64,000 bases of DNA, from the NCBI RefSeq assembly GCF_004010195.1, contig NC_057758.1, positions 2,046,029-2,110,028 of the forward strand, given 5' to 3'. A program made the position numbers and the translations under genes. The stretch comes from Chiloscyllium plagiosum (Eukaryota). Shown here in pieces: positions 11,715-25,219 of the stretch; position 1 is the stretch's first letter, and every line of letters begins with the position of its first letter. The notes under the pieces are model-generated. The model was not told where the DNA came from. It did no database searches and saw nothing but the letters and a program-made list of their open reading frames with translations.

Positions 11715-12050
11715 TATAAAGTGAGGAGTTGGAAAGGCTGAAAAGCCAAGGTGTTTTTCCGAGGTTTCTTGGCCCGCATCTACTGAGCAAAGCCATAAAG
11801 AGAGTCTTTAAAAAGACAGGAGCAGTAAAATTTTGCACACAGGGTGATGTGTATATGGAACAAGCTCCTGCAGGAAGAGGTGGGGGCGGATACAATTGTA
11901 ATATCTAACAGGCATCTGGATGAGTATAGGTAAAAGAAGAGTTGCAACAGTTATGGTCCAAATGGTGGCAACTCGGTAAACGTCAGATTGAGGTCTCTTT
12001 TTGGTGTGGACGAGTTGAATCTAAGCGTCTATTTCCATTCTAAATGACTC
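11715..12050 (+). mobile_element. Highly decayed CR1 3' end
   Basis: ttttgcacacagggtgatgtgtatatggaacaagctcctg (FTQRVV..WN.LP motif) and a tail-like gactctatg. Confidence 0.55.
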
Positions 12051-12266
12051 TATGTCACTGCGTCTGTGTATTTCTCTCTTTGTGTGTGCATATGCATCTT
12101 TCTGTTGGTGTGTGTCTATCTGTGTGTTGCTATATGCATCTCTGGGCATGTATTTTGTGCATGTTAGTGTGCATAGCGATATCTGTATATGCCGCTGTGA
12201 CTGCAATTTTGTGATAAAGTGTTTCAGTTGTTTTTTTTTCTGTTTATCCTTTGCTACGAGAGTCAA

Positions 12267-12309
12267 TCTCTCTCTCTCTCTTGTGTGTGTGTGAGAGAGA
12301 GAGAGTGAG
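12267..12309. repeat. Compound microsatellite (CT)n(GT)n(GA)n
   Basis: Directly visible. Confidence 0.85.
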
Positions 12310-13380
12310 ATACATAGAGTGTTGAAAATGTCGGGGGCCAGCTTCATTTTGTAAGTTGGGCAGGTTGTTTGCAAAGCAGTTTAAATACAATTCCCGACAA
12401 CAGTGAATTTAGCATGAAAGACCCTCCTTCTCACTGTTTATCGTAAGTTTTAACGGCCTTCAAGGTAACTTTAACGCCAGCCTTTCGTTCTTTAATATGA
12501 TAGAGCATCCCTCTGATCACGTAGAACTATGGCAACTCACAATCACACATTTAAAAGGATACAGTTCTGGCCTCCACACTTCACTGCGCAAGCACCACTT
12601 TCATTTTGCTTTTTGTTTGATTGTTCTGCTGATGGCATCAATTGTTGTGAGTCTCTCAAATTTGGCACATCGATCAGCCAATTCTCCAGTGGGGATGTAA
12701 TACTTCTCAATCATACCGATCTATTCCCATTCAGAATGATCACCGAGTCCTCCAGTCCTCGATCAATTGATGAGGAGGTGGAAAAATTGAGAAAAGTAGA
12801 GAATGATCACAAGTGGATAAGCTGCTCCCTTGTCTTTGTTTTGCAGACTAGTGATGGAAGTGAAAAAAAAAATGTGTTTCTTGGTGTATTAAGCATCATC
12901 ACTGCACAATAGTGTAACGTGTTCTGATTCGAACGCTGATACGACAATTTTAATCACGAATAATTAGCGAGAGGCGATAAGTACAGAAGTCCCAAAAGGA
13001 AGAAATCTTAATATAATTGTTTCTTTATTTCGTAATCGATAGTTGACAGATTGAAAGAAGGTGTGACACTACAAGTAGGAATTCATCAGCAGTTGTTACT
13101 GAATGATACATTATTTTTAGAGAATTCATATTCCACCACCTGCCAGGTGGGAGTCAAAGACACCAGAACAGTTCACTGAGTTTCTGGATTAACGAGAGCC
13201 CAATATAATGATGATGACAATAAAAATTAATAATAATAATTTAAGAAAAAAGTCTATCGATTACACCACAAGAGCCAATCGACTTCACCTTTAGTATCAC
13301 CCAGCAGTCAAATTAAGGTTTTTTTTTTGCAAGTTCACTCGTGAGTTGTGTGTATTACTCATTAAACAGCGAGATAAACC

Positions 13381-13430
13381 GAGAGAGAGTTAGAGAGAGA
13401 AAGGGAGAGAGAGAGAGAGAGAAAGAGAGA
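13381..13430. repeat. Imperfect (GA)n microsatellite
   Basis: Directly visible. Confidence 0.85.
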
Positions 13431-14029
13431 AATGTGCCAAGGGAAAAACAAAACGACAGAACGTGCAGGAGAGAAAATTCCCGAGACAGCAGATAGAGGG
13501 AGAGAGAGACTTACTATCGTTTGCTTTTTGCTGATGGCCTTGGATGTTGTTCAGTAAACGTCAGCTCGAAGATTCTTCTGCCTTCTTCCTACGCAAAGGT
13601 CCTTGTTCCTTACATTCATGTATGCACGCTTGCAAAAATGGAACAGTTTCACAGTTGGCTCTCTTGAGTGGGGCAGGTTATAGCGATGGATCTTCTTTCA
13701 GTGGCAGGGGCAAGAAGCCGGTAAGGGCATCAGAATGCAGTGTCGATGAAAAAAGACATTCCACAGATTAGCTCTCTCTAATACCTCAACATCAGTGTCT
13801 TGTATAATCTTCCTTTCCTGCTCATTCATGGACCGTGGTGGCGCTTTCCAGTCCGGTATTAATCTCCCATGGCAAGCTACCCCTTGTCAGAATGTGGGCT
13901 TTGGGAAAGCGTGCCATTTTGAACTGCTGCAGCCACTCTCATGCCGGCAGGGCCATAATAAACCATCAGGGAGTGAATTGCAAGACTTTCACCCAGTGAC
14001 ACTGAAGGGATAACCAATATATAAGGTAT

Positions 14030-14717
14030 AGGTTTGCTCGCTGAGCTGTAGGTTTGATATCCAGAAGTTTCATTACCTAGCTAGGTAACATCATTAGTGG
14101 CGACCTCCAAGGGAAGCGAAGCTGTTGTCTCCTGCTTTCTATTTATATGTTTGTCTTGGATTGGGTTCCTGGGGTTTGTGGTGATGTCATTTCCTGTTCG
14201 TTTTCTGAGGGGTTGATCGATGGTGTTTGTTTATGGCGTTGTGGTTGGAGTGCCAGGCCTCTAGGAATTCTCTTGCATGTCTTTGCTTAGCCTGTCCCAG
14301 GATAAATGTGTTGTCCCAGTTCATCCATGTGTAGGGATACGAGGGAGAGAGGGTCGTGTCTTTTTCAGACAGACAGTTGCGCCTACTCTGAGCCGAAAGA
14401 GGGAAAGAATCAAACTGAACACAGAAGAAAGGAAATCCCTAGAAAACCTCAAAAAAGACAAAAACATTGTTATATTACCTGCAGACAAGGGTCGGTTCAC
14501 AGTCATCCTGAACAGAGGGGACGATATAGAGAAAGTCAAAAAACTACTCGCAGACACCAACACCTATCAACAGGTGGCGCTAGACCCGACCCCACAAATC
14601 GGAAACAAAATTACATATCTCCTAAGAAAATTACACAATTCCGGACAATTAAACAAGACGGGATTCCAGAAAATGCAACCGGATGGAACCAACACCCCAC
14701 AATTCTACGAACTACCA
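14030..14717. mobile_element. Penelope-like element: inverted GIY-YIG C-terminus and pLTR (minus, ~14030-14330) joined to RT N-terminal part (plus, ~14330-14717)
   Basis: Plus ORF has KNIVILPADKGRFTVILNR...LLADTNTYQQV..DPTP...TPQFYELP (PLE motifs PADKG and PxFYGLP). Minus strand has WDNTFILGQAKQRHAREFLEAWHS. Confidence 0.9.
14064..14097 (-). ncRNA. Hammerhead motif with a core mutation (PLE family D)
   Basis: Minus strand reads cca-CTaATGA-t-gttaccta(gc)taggtaat-GAAA-ct-TC-tgg. Stems I and II are intact; G5 is mutated, so it is probably inactive. Confidence 0.6.
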
Positions 14718-16674
14718 GAAAATCCTGAAAATGGGAAAAAAATGCGTGATTTCTCTAAAAGCTGAACTTCTTCTTTCGATGCTTAGACTTAAAACGCATC
14801 TCTGTGACCTGCTTTAATGTTTGCAGGAACACAGCGAGCCGTAATTGAAGCATTCTTTATTCAAATGTGAAGCAGTGGTTTTTCTCAATCCAAATAGCTC
14901 ATTAAGTTAAGCCAATCAAATTAAAACAGGCGCTAAGATAACAAACAAAACTACTAAATTTGCATCTGATAGATTTGATAACCTAGAACCAATCCGATTA
15001 TAAATATATCGAGATATCATCAATGGTATAAAAGATCACGGTATTTGGAAAACCGGGAATGTATTCAAGAAAGAAACCGGGAAAAATGCAACTGCCATCT
15101 GCCAAGAGGTAGCAGATTTCAGCTCTATGAGCAAGCACAATGTTTTACAGGTGCAAATTGATTACCTTAGAAATACAGAGGCACATCTTCTCTTTGATCT
15201 AGAATTCCTTCAGATTTATAACATACAAACTGTTTGTCTGGCGTTGTGGAGGGTTGATACTGGAACTGATGAATAAAAAACAGAATTTCACGTTGGGATT
15301 GAAGAGAATGGTTTACATTTGCAGACATGTAAAATGGTCAAAAAAAACAAAAGTATCCTGCTTGAATCACCAGATGTACAGCAGAGTTAATGATGCCCAA
15401 TCTTGAGAAAGAATGTGAAGACCCAAGGATAACCTTCTGTCCATTCTTGTAGTTTTCCAGTTCTTGATGTTAGATTTTGATCCATTGTTGGACGATTTAA
15501 ATTGGTTGCTGGCTGTTTCTGATTTCTTCTCTCTCCGGAGCTGGTGAGCTTGCCAATTTTTGTTTATTGGTGATGCACGACTGATAATGTAGGATAACAC
15601 ACTGAAATTAGCCCCTTTGAATAGAACAGTGATGCGATCCAGTGAGAATATCGTGATTCATGGAGACTAGCAATAGCACGACCGCTGAACAAACAGGTGA
15701 AGCAAACTCCTTCTAATAAATCACATGAAAGCAGAACATTTTCCTGAGCTGGATGTCGTATGTATAAGTGTCGTAATGGAAAGAAATGTTGGCAAGGCAG
15801 TATGATTCACAATAATCTCATTATTATAAAATTAGCGAAAGTAATATAAGAGAGGTAAAAAATCAGGACGCGAGTAGTTAGGATCTGGAATCCACTGCCT
15901 ATGAATGTGTAGGAGGCATGTCTACTTGAAGCATTCGAGAGGGCTTTGGTGATTATTTGGGTACAATTAATGTTCACGGATACTAGGAGAATACAGGATA
16001 TTGGGACGAGGTAATGATTTTCTTTGAAGAGTCAGTGCATGCACAATGCAATGAATAGCTTCTTTCTGTGCCAAACGTTTCCGTGGTTATATGATTATTT
16101 AGTTCACCATGATTATTAAATTACTTTATCGTGCCACTCCTTGGGCTGTAACCTGTCCATGAGATGAGTTTTGTCTTTGTGAATTTTGTCATCAGCTGCT
16201 GCGAGGCTGCAGTGCTCAATTGTATAATTGCATAATTGTATAATTGTAACATTGTCAACCATCAAGCTTTAAACTTCCTGAGAGTTTTGTTCAAACTGCG
16301 ACTACACACACTGTAATGTTAATTCACGTCCTCTGCTTGCCACTGATTGCATTTATTGCTTATTCCCAGTAAACTGAAAGAAGATAGTGGTGCTCTGGAA
16401 TTTCGAAATGCTGCAATCCATTGGCGCTGGCACACACAGAATACTGAAAAAATACGAAAAAGTTGAAGGTTCTGGAAATTAGAAGCAAAAACAATACTCA
16501 CTGCAAATTCTCACCAATTGTGGAGAGTAATCTGAGTGAAAGATTTAAGTTCAGTAACCATTCAACAGAACTGATCATGTATGGGTTTTATGCAGAAGAC
16601 ATGTTTGGGACAGGGGTGTTGGAATAAATGACAAAGCGCAAAAAGACAGACCAGCTACCAGAAAAGGAGATAAG

Positions 16675-16796
16675 TCACCTGACGAAGGGCGAGCACTATG
16701 AAAGATTATTATTTCAAATAAACCTGTTTGACTCTAACGTGGTATCGTGTGAGATATGATTTTTGTCCATCTCAGTACAACATCGGCACTTCAACG
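16675..16796 (+). mobile_element. Degenerate PLE family B pLTR end
   Basis: cacCTGACGA...GAAA...aaataaacctgtttgactctaacgtggt, homologous to 30988-31101. Confidence 0.55.
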
Positions 16797-17774
16797 TAAG
16801 GACAAAATAATGAATAATTATTAGCCAAACAGAATTAATTTCTGCAAATTGAGATTATTTTGAATAACAATCAGTTGTATGTAATAGCATTCCATGAGAT
16901 AGAGTTGTTTTCGGAGTTGAAATAATTTCAACCCTAAAATGTTGAACAGGATAATCAGTCCAGAAGGCTATAGAATTATCAAGAGAAAAATGAGGTGCTA
17001 TTCTTCCCGTCTCCTGTTAACAGTATACTACTTGGAAGGGGGGTTGAAAATGTTGATGCAATCATAGTAAAACATAGTGATAGCTTCCAACTCAGGACTG
17101 TGGATGTATTTGAAGGCAAACTGAAGGTTTGATTTCGCGAGGGCTCTGCTGAAAGAGTCATTTTGATGACGTTCCAACTCCATGCCCTTGGAAATAAATC
17201 ATTGTCATGCAAGAGTAAACTTGTTTTTTTCCCAGTTTAATGCTGATCACTTCAAACAGTGCAGCCGATTCTCTTTCAATCTACTTCACTCCGGCGGTTC
17301 GGGCGAATACTACTTGATGTCAAGAGGAGGTATTGTCACTTCACTTGCAAAAGCATTGGAACCACAACTTAACAGATAAAATCAAACGTTAACAGTTAGG
17401 TTGCCATCAAAGATATGTTAAACATTGCAAAAAAGAAAAGCTGTAAAACAATTTGATCAGTTCTCTTTTAATGTGATAGGCAATGTGTAACTTTGCTTTT
17501 CAGTCTTACCAATGTGTCAAACAACTGCATCAATCGTCACACAGAGGTGGGAATGTTAAAGTCTTTGAATGCAACAGGATTTCCAGAGGGCAAGAGGCTG
17601 AGGAATGTGAGGCATTGTATAGTCAAATGAAATCCTGTCATGTCCAATCCCACCAAATACTTTTGCTCATTTTATGAATTATGATATATTATCGAATAAT
17701 TTCATAAAATATAAAGGTACTTAAAACTTAACACCATTTCAAAGGTGCAAACGTTAGTGAATATACTGAACAAA

Positions 17775-20700
17775 CAACAGAAACCAACATAGAACAAAAA
17801 CAGGCCCTTTGGACCTCCCAGACTGCGCTGACACATTTTGCCCTCCTGTACTAAAAGTGATTTCACTATTTATAAATTCGTTCAGATGCTTCTTGAATGA
17901 TGGTATTGTGTCTGCTTCCACCATCCCCACTGGCAGCACGTGCAAGGAAAGAGACCACCCTTTCTTTGAGAAACCTATCTCGCTCATCCCTTTGTAAATG
18001 CTTCCTGCCACCCTGGACCTGAACAGGAGTCCCCTATTAGTGATTATTCCGCCCTGGGAAATAAAAAGCCTCATATTTTCCACTCTATATGAGCGATTCA
18101 CAATCTTATGAAATTCGATCAGGTCACTCCTAAACTTCCTGCGTTCTCGTGAAAACAAACGCAGTCTGTCCAACCTTTCTTCACAACAAAGATCCCCAAT
18201 ACCAGACAATACCCTAGTAAACCCGTGGAAAGCATCCACATTTTTTTGGTAGTGTGGTGCCCAGAAATGTACTCAATATTGCAAGTGGGGTCTGACTAAA
18301 GTTCGATAAAGCTGCAGAGTAATTTGCCAATTCTTGCATTCAACTGCCCTTCCATTGAAGATAAGCACGCCGTAGGTCCTTTTCACTACCTTATCTACCT
18401 GCACTGCCACCATTACTAATCTGTGGACGATGCACAGCCACAAACCTATGCATATAAATATTCAAAATGGTTCTGTTATTCACTGATCTTCCAAAATACA
18501 CCACCTCACTTTTCTCTTCCAACTGATCTGCATCCTACTGTATTCTCTTACAATCTTTATCACTATCTGCAACTCCCACAATCTTTGTATCATCTGTAAA
18601 CTTGCAAGTAGGACAGTCATGTTTTCTTCAAATCAGTCATATGGACCAGTGATATCAGACGTCTCAGCACTGAACCATGTGGAATAGCAATAGTCACAAA
18701 CCTCCACTCTGAAAAGCATCCGTCCACCGCTACCTTGAGTTTCCTTTGACTAAGCCAGTTCTGTAAACATCAAGACAGCTCACCCCTGCTATCAACTGAC
18801 TTCAACTCTTGTCGCAGTCTATCCTGAGGAACCTTGTCAAAGGCTTGAGAATAATCCATGTCGACAACATATACCTTTTTCCATCGTCAATCATCTCTGT
18901 CAACTACTCAAAAACTGGATCACGTTAGTGAGTTATAACCTCCCCGTCACCAAAACCATGCTGTCTATGTTGAATAAGTCCACTCACTTGTAAATACATA
19001 TAGATCCTGTCCCTGAGCATCTTTTTCAATGACTTCTCTACTACCGACATAAAGCTGACAGGCCTGTAATTTGCTGGAAATTTCATGGTAAACCTCTTTA
19101 ACAATGGGTGTCATTGGCTATCATCCAACCACCGGCCTTTTGACCCACAGAATTTGCAAAACCTTTTGTTATAGTTCCAGGAATTCATTCTCTTGCTTCG
19201 TTTAATATTAAGGAATAGTTTCCTTCAAGACCCAGGGACGTATCTACCTTAATACTTTTTAAAAGACGCGTAAGACCTCTCCATTTAAAAAAAAAAACCA
19301 TTTGGCTTAGCAATTCGACCGTCCCTTCCCTGAGATCATCCTCCATCAATTCCGTCTCTGTTGCGAATAACAACGCGAAATGTTCGTTAACCTTCCTCTT
19401 CTGGCTCCACATATAGAATCCTTCCGTTGTCTTTACATGAACCAAGACTTCTGCCGGGGGAATTCTTCCTTCATATGTAAGAATTGGTATTCTCCTTAAT
19501 CGTATTTGCTAAAGAATTTCCTTGTCTGATTTTAGCCATTTCTATTTCCTTTTTTAACATCGTTTCTACTTCAATGTCGTCGTCAGTTCCCATTTTCCTC
19601 GGCTTTATGTATGTTTCTCCTTCTCTCGCAATGGTAAAAATATCGCTGGTGAAACAAGATTCATGTACCTTGTCGTACCTATTCCTCATTTCCCGCAGTA
19701 ACGCACCACTCCTGAACTCTTATCAACTGCCGTTTGAAATGCTCCCATGTTTCCGTTCTGGATTTATCCCCAAAAAGACGCCTCCACTCAAAATCCTCTA
19801 GTTGCTGCCTACTATTGTCGTATTTGACTTTCCCTCAATTTAACACCTTCACTTGAAGACTGTTGTTATCCTTGTCAATGAGTATCTTAAACCTCACTGT
19901 AATATGGTCACCACTCCAGAAATACTCACCCCAGTTCACTCACCTGGTTGGGGTCATTTCCCAAAATCAGTTCCAGTTTAACCCCTTCCCGAGTTTAACA
20001 GTTTGCTGACTGTGCCATAAAAGCCTTCTAATTAGACCTTACAAATTATTTTTCAAGTACGTCCCGAGCATGAAATGAGTCCCAGCTTATATTGGCGAAT
20101 TGAAAATCACCTACCACAACAACACTGCTATTTATTACGTATTTAAGAAATCTGTCTGGATAGTCTTTCCAATATCCAGCGCTGGCTGTTTAGCGGCCTG
20201 CAATATATCCCCAACATTGTGTTTGTACCTTTCATGTCAAGATAATATATCCATCATTGCCTCGTTTTCTAAGTACTCTGATGTCTCTTCCTTCAGTACA
20301 CCTGTGAAATGCGTACTTTCTGGTAATGCTAATTCCTTACTGACTTTACTTCTCCTTCTATTTCACCTGAAACATCTAAATCCTGGGCCATTAAATAACC
20401 GTTCATGTCCTTCTTTCAGCCAAATCTCCGTAATCGAAATGATGTCACAGCTCCGAGAAATAACCAAACCTCTAAATTTAACTACCATCGTTATTGTGGT
20501 TCTCGTACTGCAACACATGCATTAGAGGCGACATCACCTGCTCTATTCAGAAGCGTTTCTCTGTCTGTTCTTTCTCTTAGTCATGTTTTTTTTTGTTTCT
20601 CTGTATCCACTGCATTACTCCGATTCCCATCTGCGAACATATTAGTTTCAATCATCTCCAAACAATCTACCATGTCCCCACCCCAAGGATATCCTGCACA

Positions 20701-21290
20701 GGTGTATCCGTCGAGTTTATGGAGCTCGAACTCCCGGACAACCTCCCAAAAAGCCCCATATATCTGAAACCATCCCCTTATACAATCGTCAAGTCACGTG
20801 TTCATCCTGTACATCGGCAGGTTCTCTTCTGACTGACAGATTACACTGATCATAATCCTGAGATGACTACTTTTGAGGTGCTATACTTCAAAGTTATTAC
20901 TGGTTCTCTATATTCCGCTTTCAGGACTTCAGCCTTTTTCTCACCCATGTCATAAATACCAAAATGTAACACGGCACGGCTGTTCGCCCTTCCCCTCCGG
21001 AATGGTCTGAAAATGCGACAATACATAATGAACACCTGCATCAGAGATGCAACACATCTCCTGGACTCTCTTTTACGGACACAGAAATCCCTATCTCTTC
21101 CCCTTACGATCAAATATCCTGTAACTAAAAGCATTTTGTGCTTATTCCCCTTTCTCTGCAGCAGAGCCAAACATGACCTCATGAATTTGGGTACTGTTAT
21201 TTTCCCATGAGAGGCCAATCCAATCAGCAGTATCCAACACAACGTATCTGTTTTGCAGGCGAATAGCTATAGGAGTTTCCTGCACAACCT
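17775..21290 (-). mobile_element. Long, heavily decayed CR1 LINE (ORF1 esterase, endonuclease, RT, 3' tail)
   Basis: ORF 20850-21242 (LVTGYLIVRGRDRDFC..RESRRCVASL...VVISGL) is ORF1-like. ORF 17754-18239 (EERLDRLRLFS.E.R..R.DLIE..KI) is the CR1 ORF2 C-terminus. Tail near 17775-17810. Confidence 0.85.
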
Positions 21291-21721
21291 GCTTTGCTCT
21301 ATTGGTCGACGAAATTTCTGAAGAAGGGGCAGCGCACTCAAAATGTTACCTCTGGTTTCTCCACAGATGTTGTCATGCATCCTGATGCTTACTGGTATGT
21401 ACTGTTTTTCGTTTCCAGAGATTGGGCGATTCTCAACGTTGCCATTACCTTGTTATGTCGATCAGCTGATGGCATTTCTGCGACTAGACACTGCCCTCTG
21501 CATCTAGCTTCTAAACACAACAACATGTCGATACCTTTCTGGTATTTAGAAAACACTTCATGTGTAAGCAGTGCAGCTCTTTGTGTCAATTGCATTCGCT
21601 GTTTACGATGTTGTATCATTTTCATGGTGGAATCCAGGCTCTATTCGAGTTACTGATGGATTACAACCTCCATTCTCTTCCCACGTGGTCACTACCTTCC
21701 AGAAGCTTCCTGTCGTTTCAA

Positions 21722-22520
21722 AGAAAGAACAAAGAGCAAATAAAATTCACAGCCCAGGAACAGGCCATTCGGCCCTCCAAGCCTGAGCCGATCCTAATGT
21801 ACTGTCTAAACCTGTCGGTCAATTCCTAAGCATCTGTAGCCCTCTGCTCCCCACCTATTCGTGCAACGTCCAGACGCATCTTAAATGAATCTACTGTGCC
21901 TGCCTTTATCACTCTGCTGGCAACGCGTTTCAGACTCCCACCACCCTTTGTGTGAACTACGTGCGGCGTGTATCCCCCATAAGCTTCCCACATCTCACCT
22001 TGAAAGCGTGGCCTCTCGTTATGGAATTCTTTAGCCTGTTTAAAAGCTTGTCTCTCTTCACCCTGTCTATATCCTTCCAGGTTTTGTAAACCTCAATCAG
22101 GTCCCCCAACCATCTCCTTTTTTCTAATGAAAATAAACCTGACCTACTCAACCTCTCTTCATAGCTAGTAACTTCCATACCAAGCAACATCCTTTTAAAC
22201 CTTTACTGCGCCCACTCCAAAGCTACCACATCCTTTTGGTAATGTGGCGATCAGAACTGTACATAGTATTCTAAATGCGGCCGAACCAATGTATAGTACA
22301 ATTTTAGCATGATTTGCCAGCTCTTGATCTCCACCTTGATCTCAAATTGACATCTTAGTCCTTGACCCACTGCACTTATCCAGTGAAGTTCAACGTAAGC
22401 CTCATTAACAATCCCTCAATTTTCATTTATTCATTTTACAGACTTTGGATCAATACTAAGCTCAATAAGTTCAGATGTAATGTCCTTGTCTCCTCATCTG
22501 AAGTATATTATTTGATTCTG
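21722..22520 (-). mobile_element. CR1 3' fragment
   Basis: ORF 21957-22190 (SYEERLSRSGLFSLEKRRWLGDLIEVYK...TRGH) plus tail stem caggccattcggccc. Confidence 0.85.
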
Positions 22521-23189
22521 ATTGCAATTCAGCTATTTCTGCGGAATGCCTTGCGCAGAGACAGCTGGCTGCTGCGAACTCTTTTGGAAAACAGACATGA
22601 TCAGACTGAGATAGACAATGGTGTCTGTTGTTCACAGTTATTGGATAAATTCTTTCAATGGCAGAATGGATTAGTCAAACGGTTATACATGTACTGATCA
22701 TGTTACAGGTTGTCAACTGTTTTCTTCGAACTGGTTGGAATTTCCCAATGGTGACCCTCTGATGTGCGCAATTACTTTTTAGTACATGTTCCCTCTTTAT
22801 CTGTAAGATATTTTTCTGGCTGGATGCACTCTAGTTTCTAATGTATATGAAGCAATGTACTCTGAATTGTATGTGAAATCTCTCAGTGGACACAGCCAGT
22901 GAGTGACCACAATAATTCCTCAATGTTAGAATGGTACTGAGACTCACAAAATTAACACTTCACTGCTTCGGAGTGTAGGGTGTACAGGAATTAAATACTC
23001 CAACGATTTGAGAAGAAGAAAGCAGGACATGTATTAGAGAACAGCCTCCCAAACTACTTTACAGCCAAAGAAGTACTTGCGAAGATTGTTTAATGTTGTA
23101 ATGAAGAGAACAAGGCAACTAACAAGGCGAATGCAAGGTTCCAGAAACAGTGATGGGGTAACCACCTAGAATATCTGGTTTGGGGTTAC

Positions 23190-23790
23190 ATGGAACATTA
23201 CAGCACAGTACAGGTCCTTCGGCCCTCGATGCTGCGATGAACTGTGGAACCAAAGTGAAGCCCAGCACACCGAAACTATTCCATTTTTATCCATATATCC
23301 ATCTAATAACCACTTAAATGCCATTAAACTTGACGAGTCTGTAATTGTTTCAGAAAGGGCGTTCCAAGTACCTACAACTCTTTAAGTACAGAAACTACGT
23401 CTGACATCTGTCTAATATTTCTCAGCCTTTCATTTAAAGTTGTCCCCTCGTGCGAGCCACCACTATCCAAGGAAAAAGAATCTCACTGTCCACTCTATAG
23501 AACCCAATGATTATCTTATATGTGTCAATTAAGTCACCTCTCAACGTTCTTTTTTCTAAAGATAACAGCCACTAGTCCTTCAGCGTTTCCTCATATGACC
23601 TTCCCTTCACACCAGGCTACAACCTACTGAATCAATTCTAAACCCTTTCGGAAATGTCCCATCCTTTCTGTAATGCCGTGACCAGAAATGAATGCAATAC
23701 TCCAAGTGTGGCAGCACCAAAGTTTTGTATAGCTGCAGAATGGCTTCATGGATCAAAACCTCAATCCCTCAACGAATAAATGCACATTCA
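23190..23790 (-). mobile_element. CR1 3' fragment
   Basis: Tail acagcacagtacaggtccttcggccc and nucleotide similarity to 35450-36050. Confidence 0.8.
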
Positions 23791-24128
23791 GACCAACAGT
23801 TTGAATCTGAACAGGACAATCAGTACTGACAACAACTTCAAACCTCCAGCAATGTTTCTCCTTCCGGAACCAGCGTCCATATTGCCCCTCCCCCCACCTA
23901 GTTCCAAACTTCCAGCTCAGCACCATCCTCACGACCCGCCCCAATGTTTCAGTCTTTTTCTCACTTATCCGCTCCAACCTCCCCTCCAACTTATCACCTT
24001 TACCCCACCTCCATCCACCTATTGCGCTCTCAGTTACCTTCCCCTAAACACCACCTCCCCATTCATCTCTCCACCCCCGAAGCTCTCAGCCTCATTTTAC
24101 TTTTCATCGGATGCTGCCTGACCTGCTT
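23790..24128 (+). mobile_element. PLE family A variant pLTR, hammerhead segment deleted
   Basis: Homologous to the reverse complement of 998-1312, but jumps from agctctcagcctcatt to ggatgctgcctgacctgc with no CTGAnGA...GAAA core. Confidence 0.65.
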
Positions 24129-24197
24129 GATTTTATAGCAATTGAATTATGCTTTCTTGTTTAGTATTGTGTGGGCGTACAGATAAGTGGGGTTGCT

Positions 24198-25094
24198 TGC
24201 TCCTCCTGCAGAATGTGGCACATGTCTCCGCTGGCGACATCTGCGGGAAATGCACCCAACTCCAGCTCCTTGAAAACTGTGTTAGGGAATTGGAGCTGGA
24301 GCTGGATGAACTGCAGATCATTCTGGAGGCTGAGGGGGTAATTGAGAGGAGTTACAGGTAGTTGGTCACTGCTGAGGCTCAGGATAAGGATAGATGTGTT
24401 CACAGTCAGGGGGAGGAAAGGGGACAGTGCAGGGATCCCCTGTGGACATTCCCCTCAGCAATAAGTATATCGTTTTGGATACTGCTGGGTGTGGGGGAAT
24501 GACCTACCAGAGGAAAGCCACAGTGGTCAGTTCTCTGGCACTGAGCCTTACACTGTGGCCCAGAAGGGAAGGAGGCAGAACAGAAAAGGGCTCGTGGTAG
24601 GAGACTCGATTGTTAGGACAATTGACAGGAGATTTTGTGGTCAAGGTCGGGATTCACGGAAGGTTTGTTGCCTCCCTGGTGCCAGGGTCTGGGACGACTC
24701 CGATCGGGTGTATAAGATTCTGAAAGGGGAGGGCCAACAGCCAGAAACGTTTATACATATTGGGACCTACGATATAGCCAGGAAAAGGATCGAGGATATA
24801 AAACGTGATTTCAGGGAATTAGGGTGGAAGCTGCAGAGCAGGACGAACAGAGTAATGTTCTCGGGTTTACAACCGGTGCCACGCGATAGCGAGGTGTGGA
24901 ACAGGGAGCGGACGTAGCTTAACACGTGGCTGCGCAGCTGGTGTAGGAGGTAGGGTTTCAGATATGTAGACAATTGGGATGCCTTCTGGGCAAGGTGGGA
25001 CCTGAACATAAAGGACGGATTGCACCTGAACTGGAAAGGGACCAATGTCCTGGGTGGAAGGTTCGCTCGAGTTGTTCAGGAGGGTTTAAACTAG
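24198..25094 (+). pseudogene. CR1 ORF1: CxxC...CxxC finger, leucine zipper and SGNH/GDSL esterase, disrupted
   Basis: CSSCRMW / ICGKCTQLQLLENCVRELELELDELQII; VVGDSIVR...VCCLPGARV...HIGTYD...DGLHLN. Confidence 0.9.
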
Positions 25095-25219
25095 GATGGA
25101 AGGGGGTGGGAATCTGAGCTATATACCGGTGGTGAGAGTTGATGGAGATGAGGCAATAGCAAGAGGCAGCACAACCCGTGGGAAGGACTTGCCTGGGGAA
25201 AAAAACAAGGGATCAGTTA

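Noticed and set aside
12497..12912. 127-aa plus-strand ORF as a host exon
   Set aside because: No recognisable motif and no convincing splice context.
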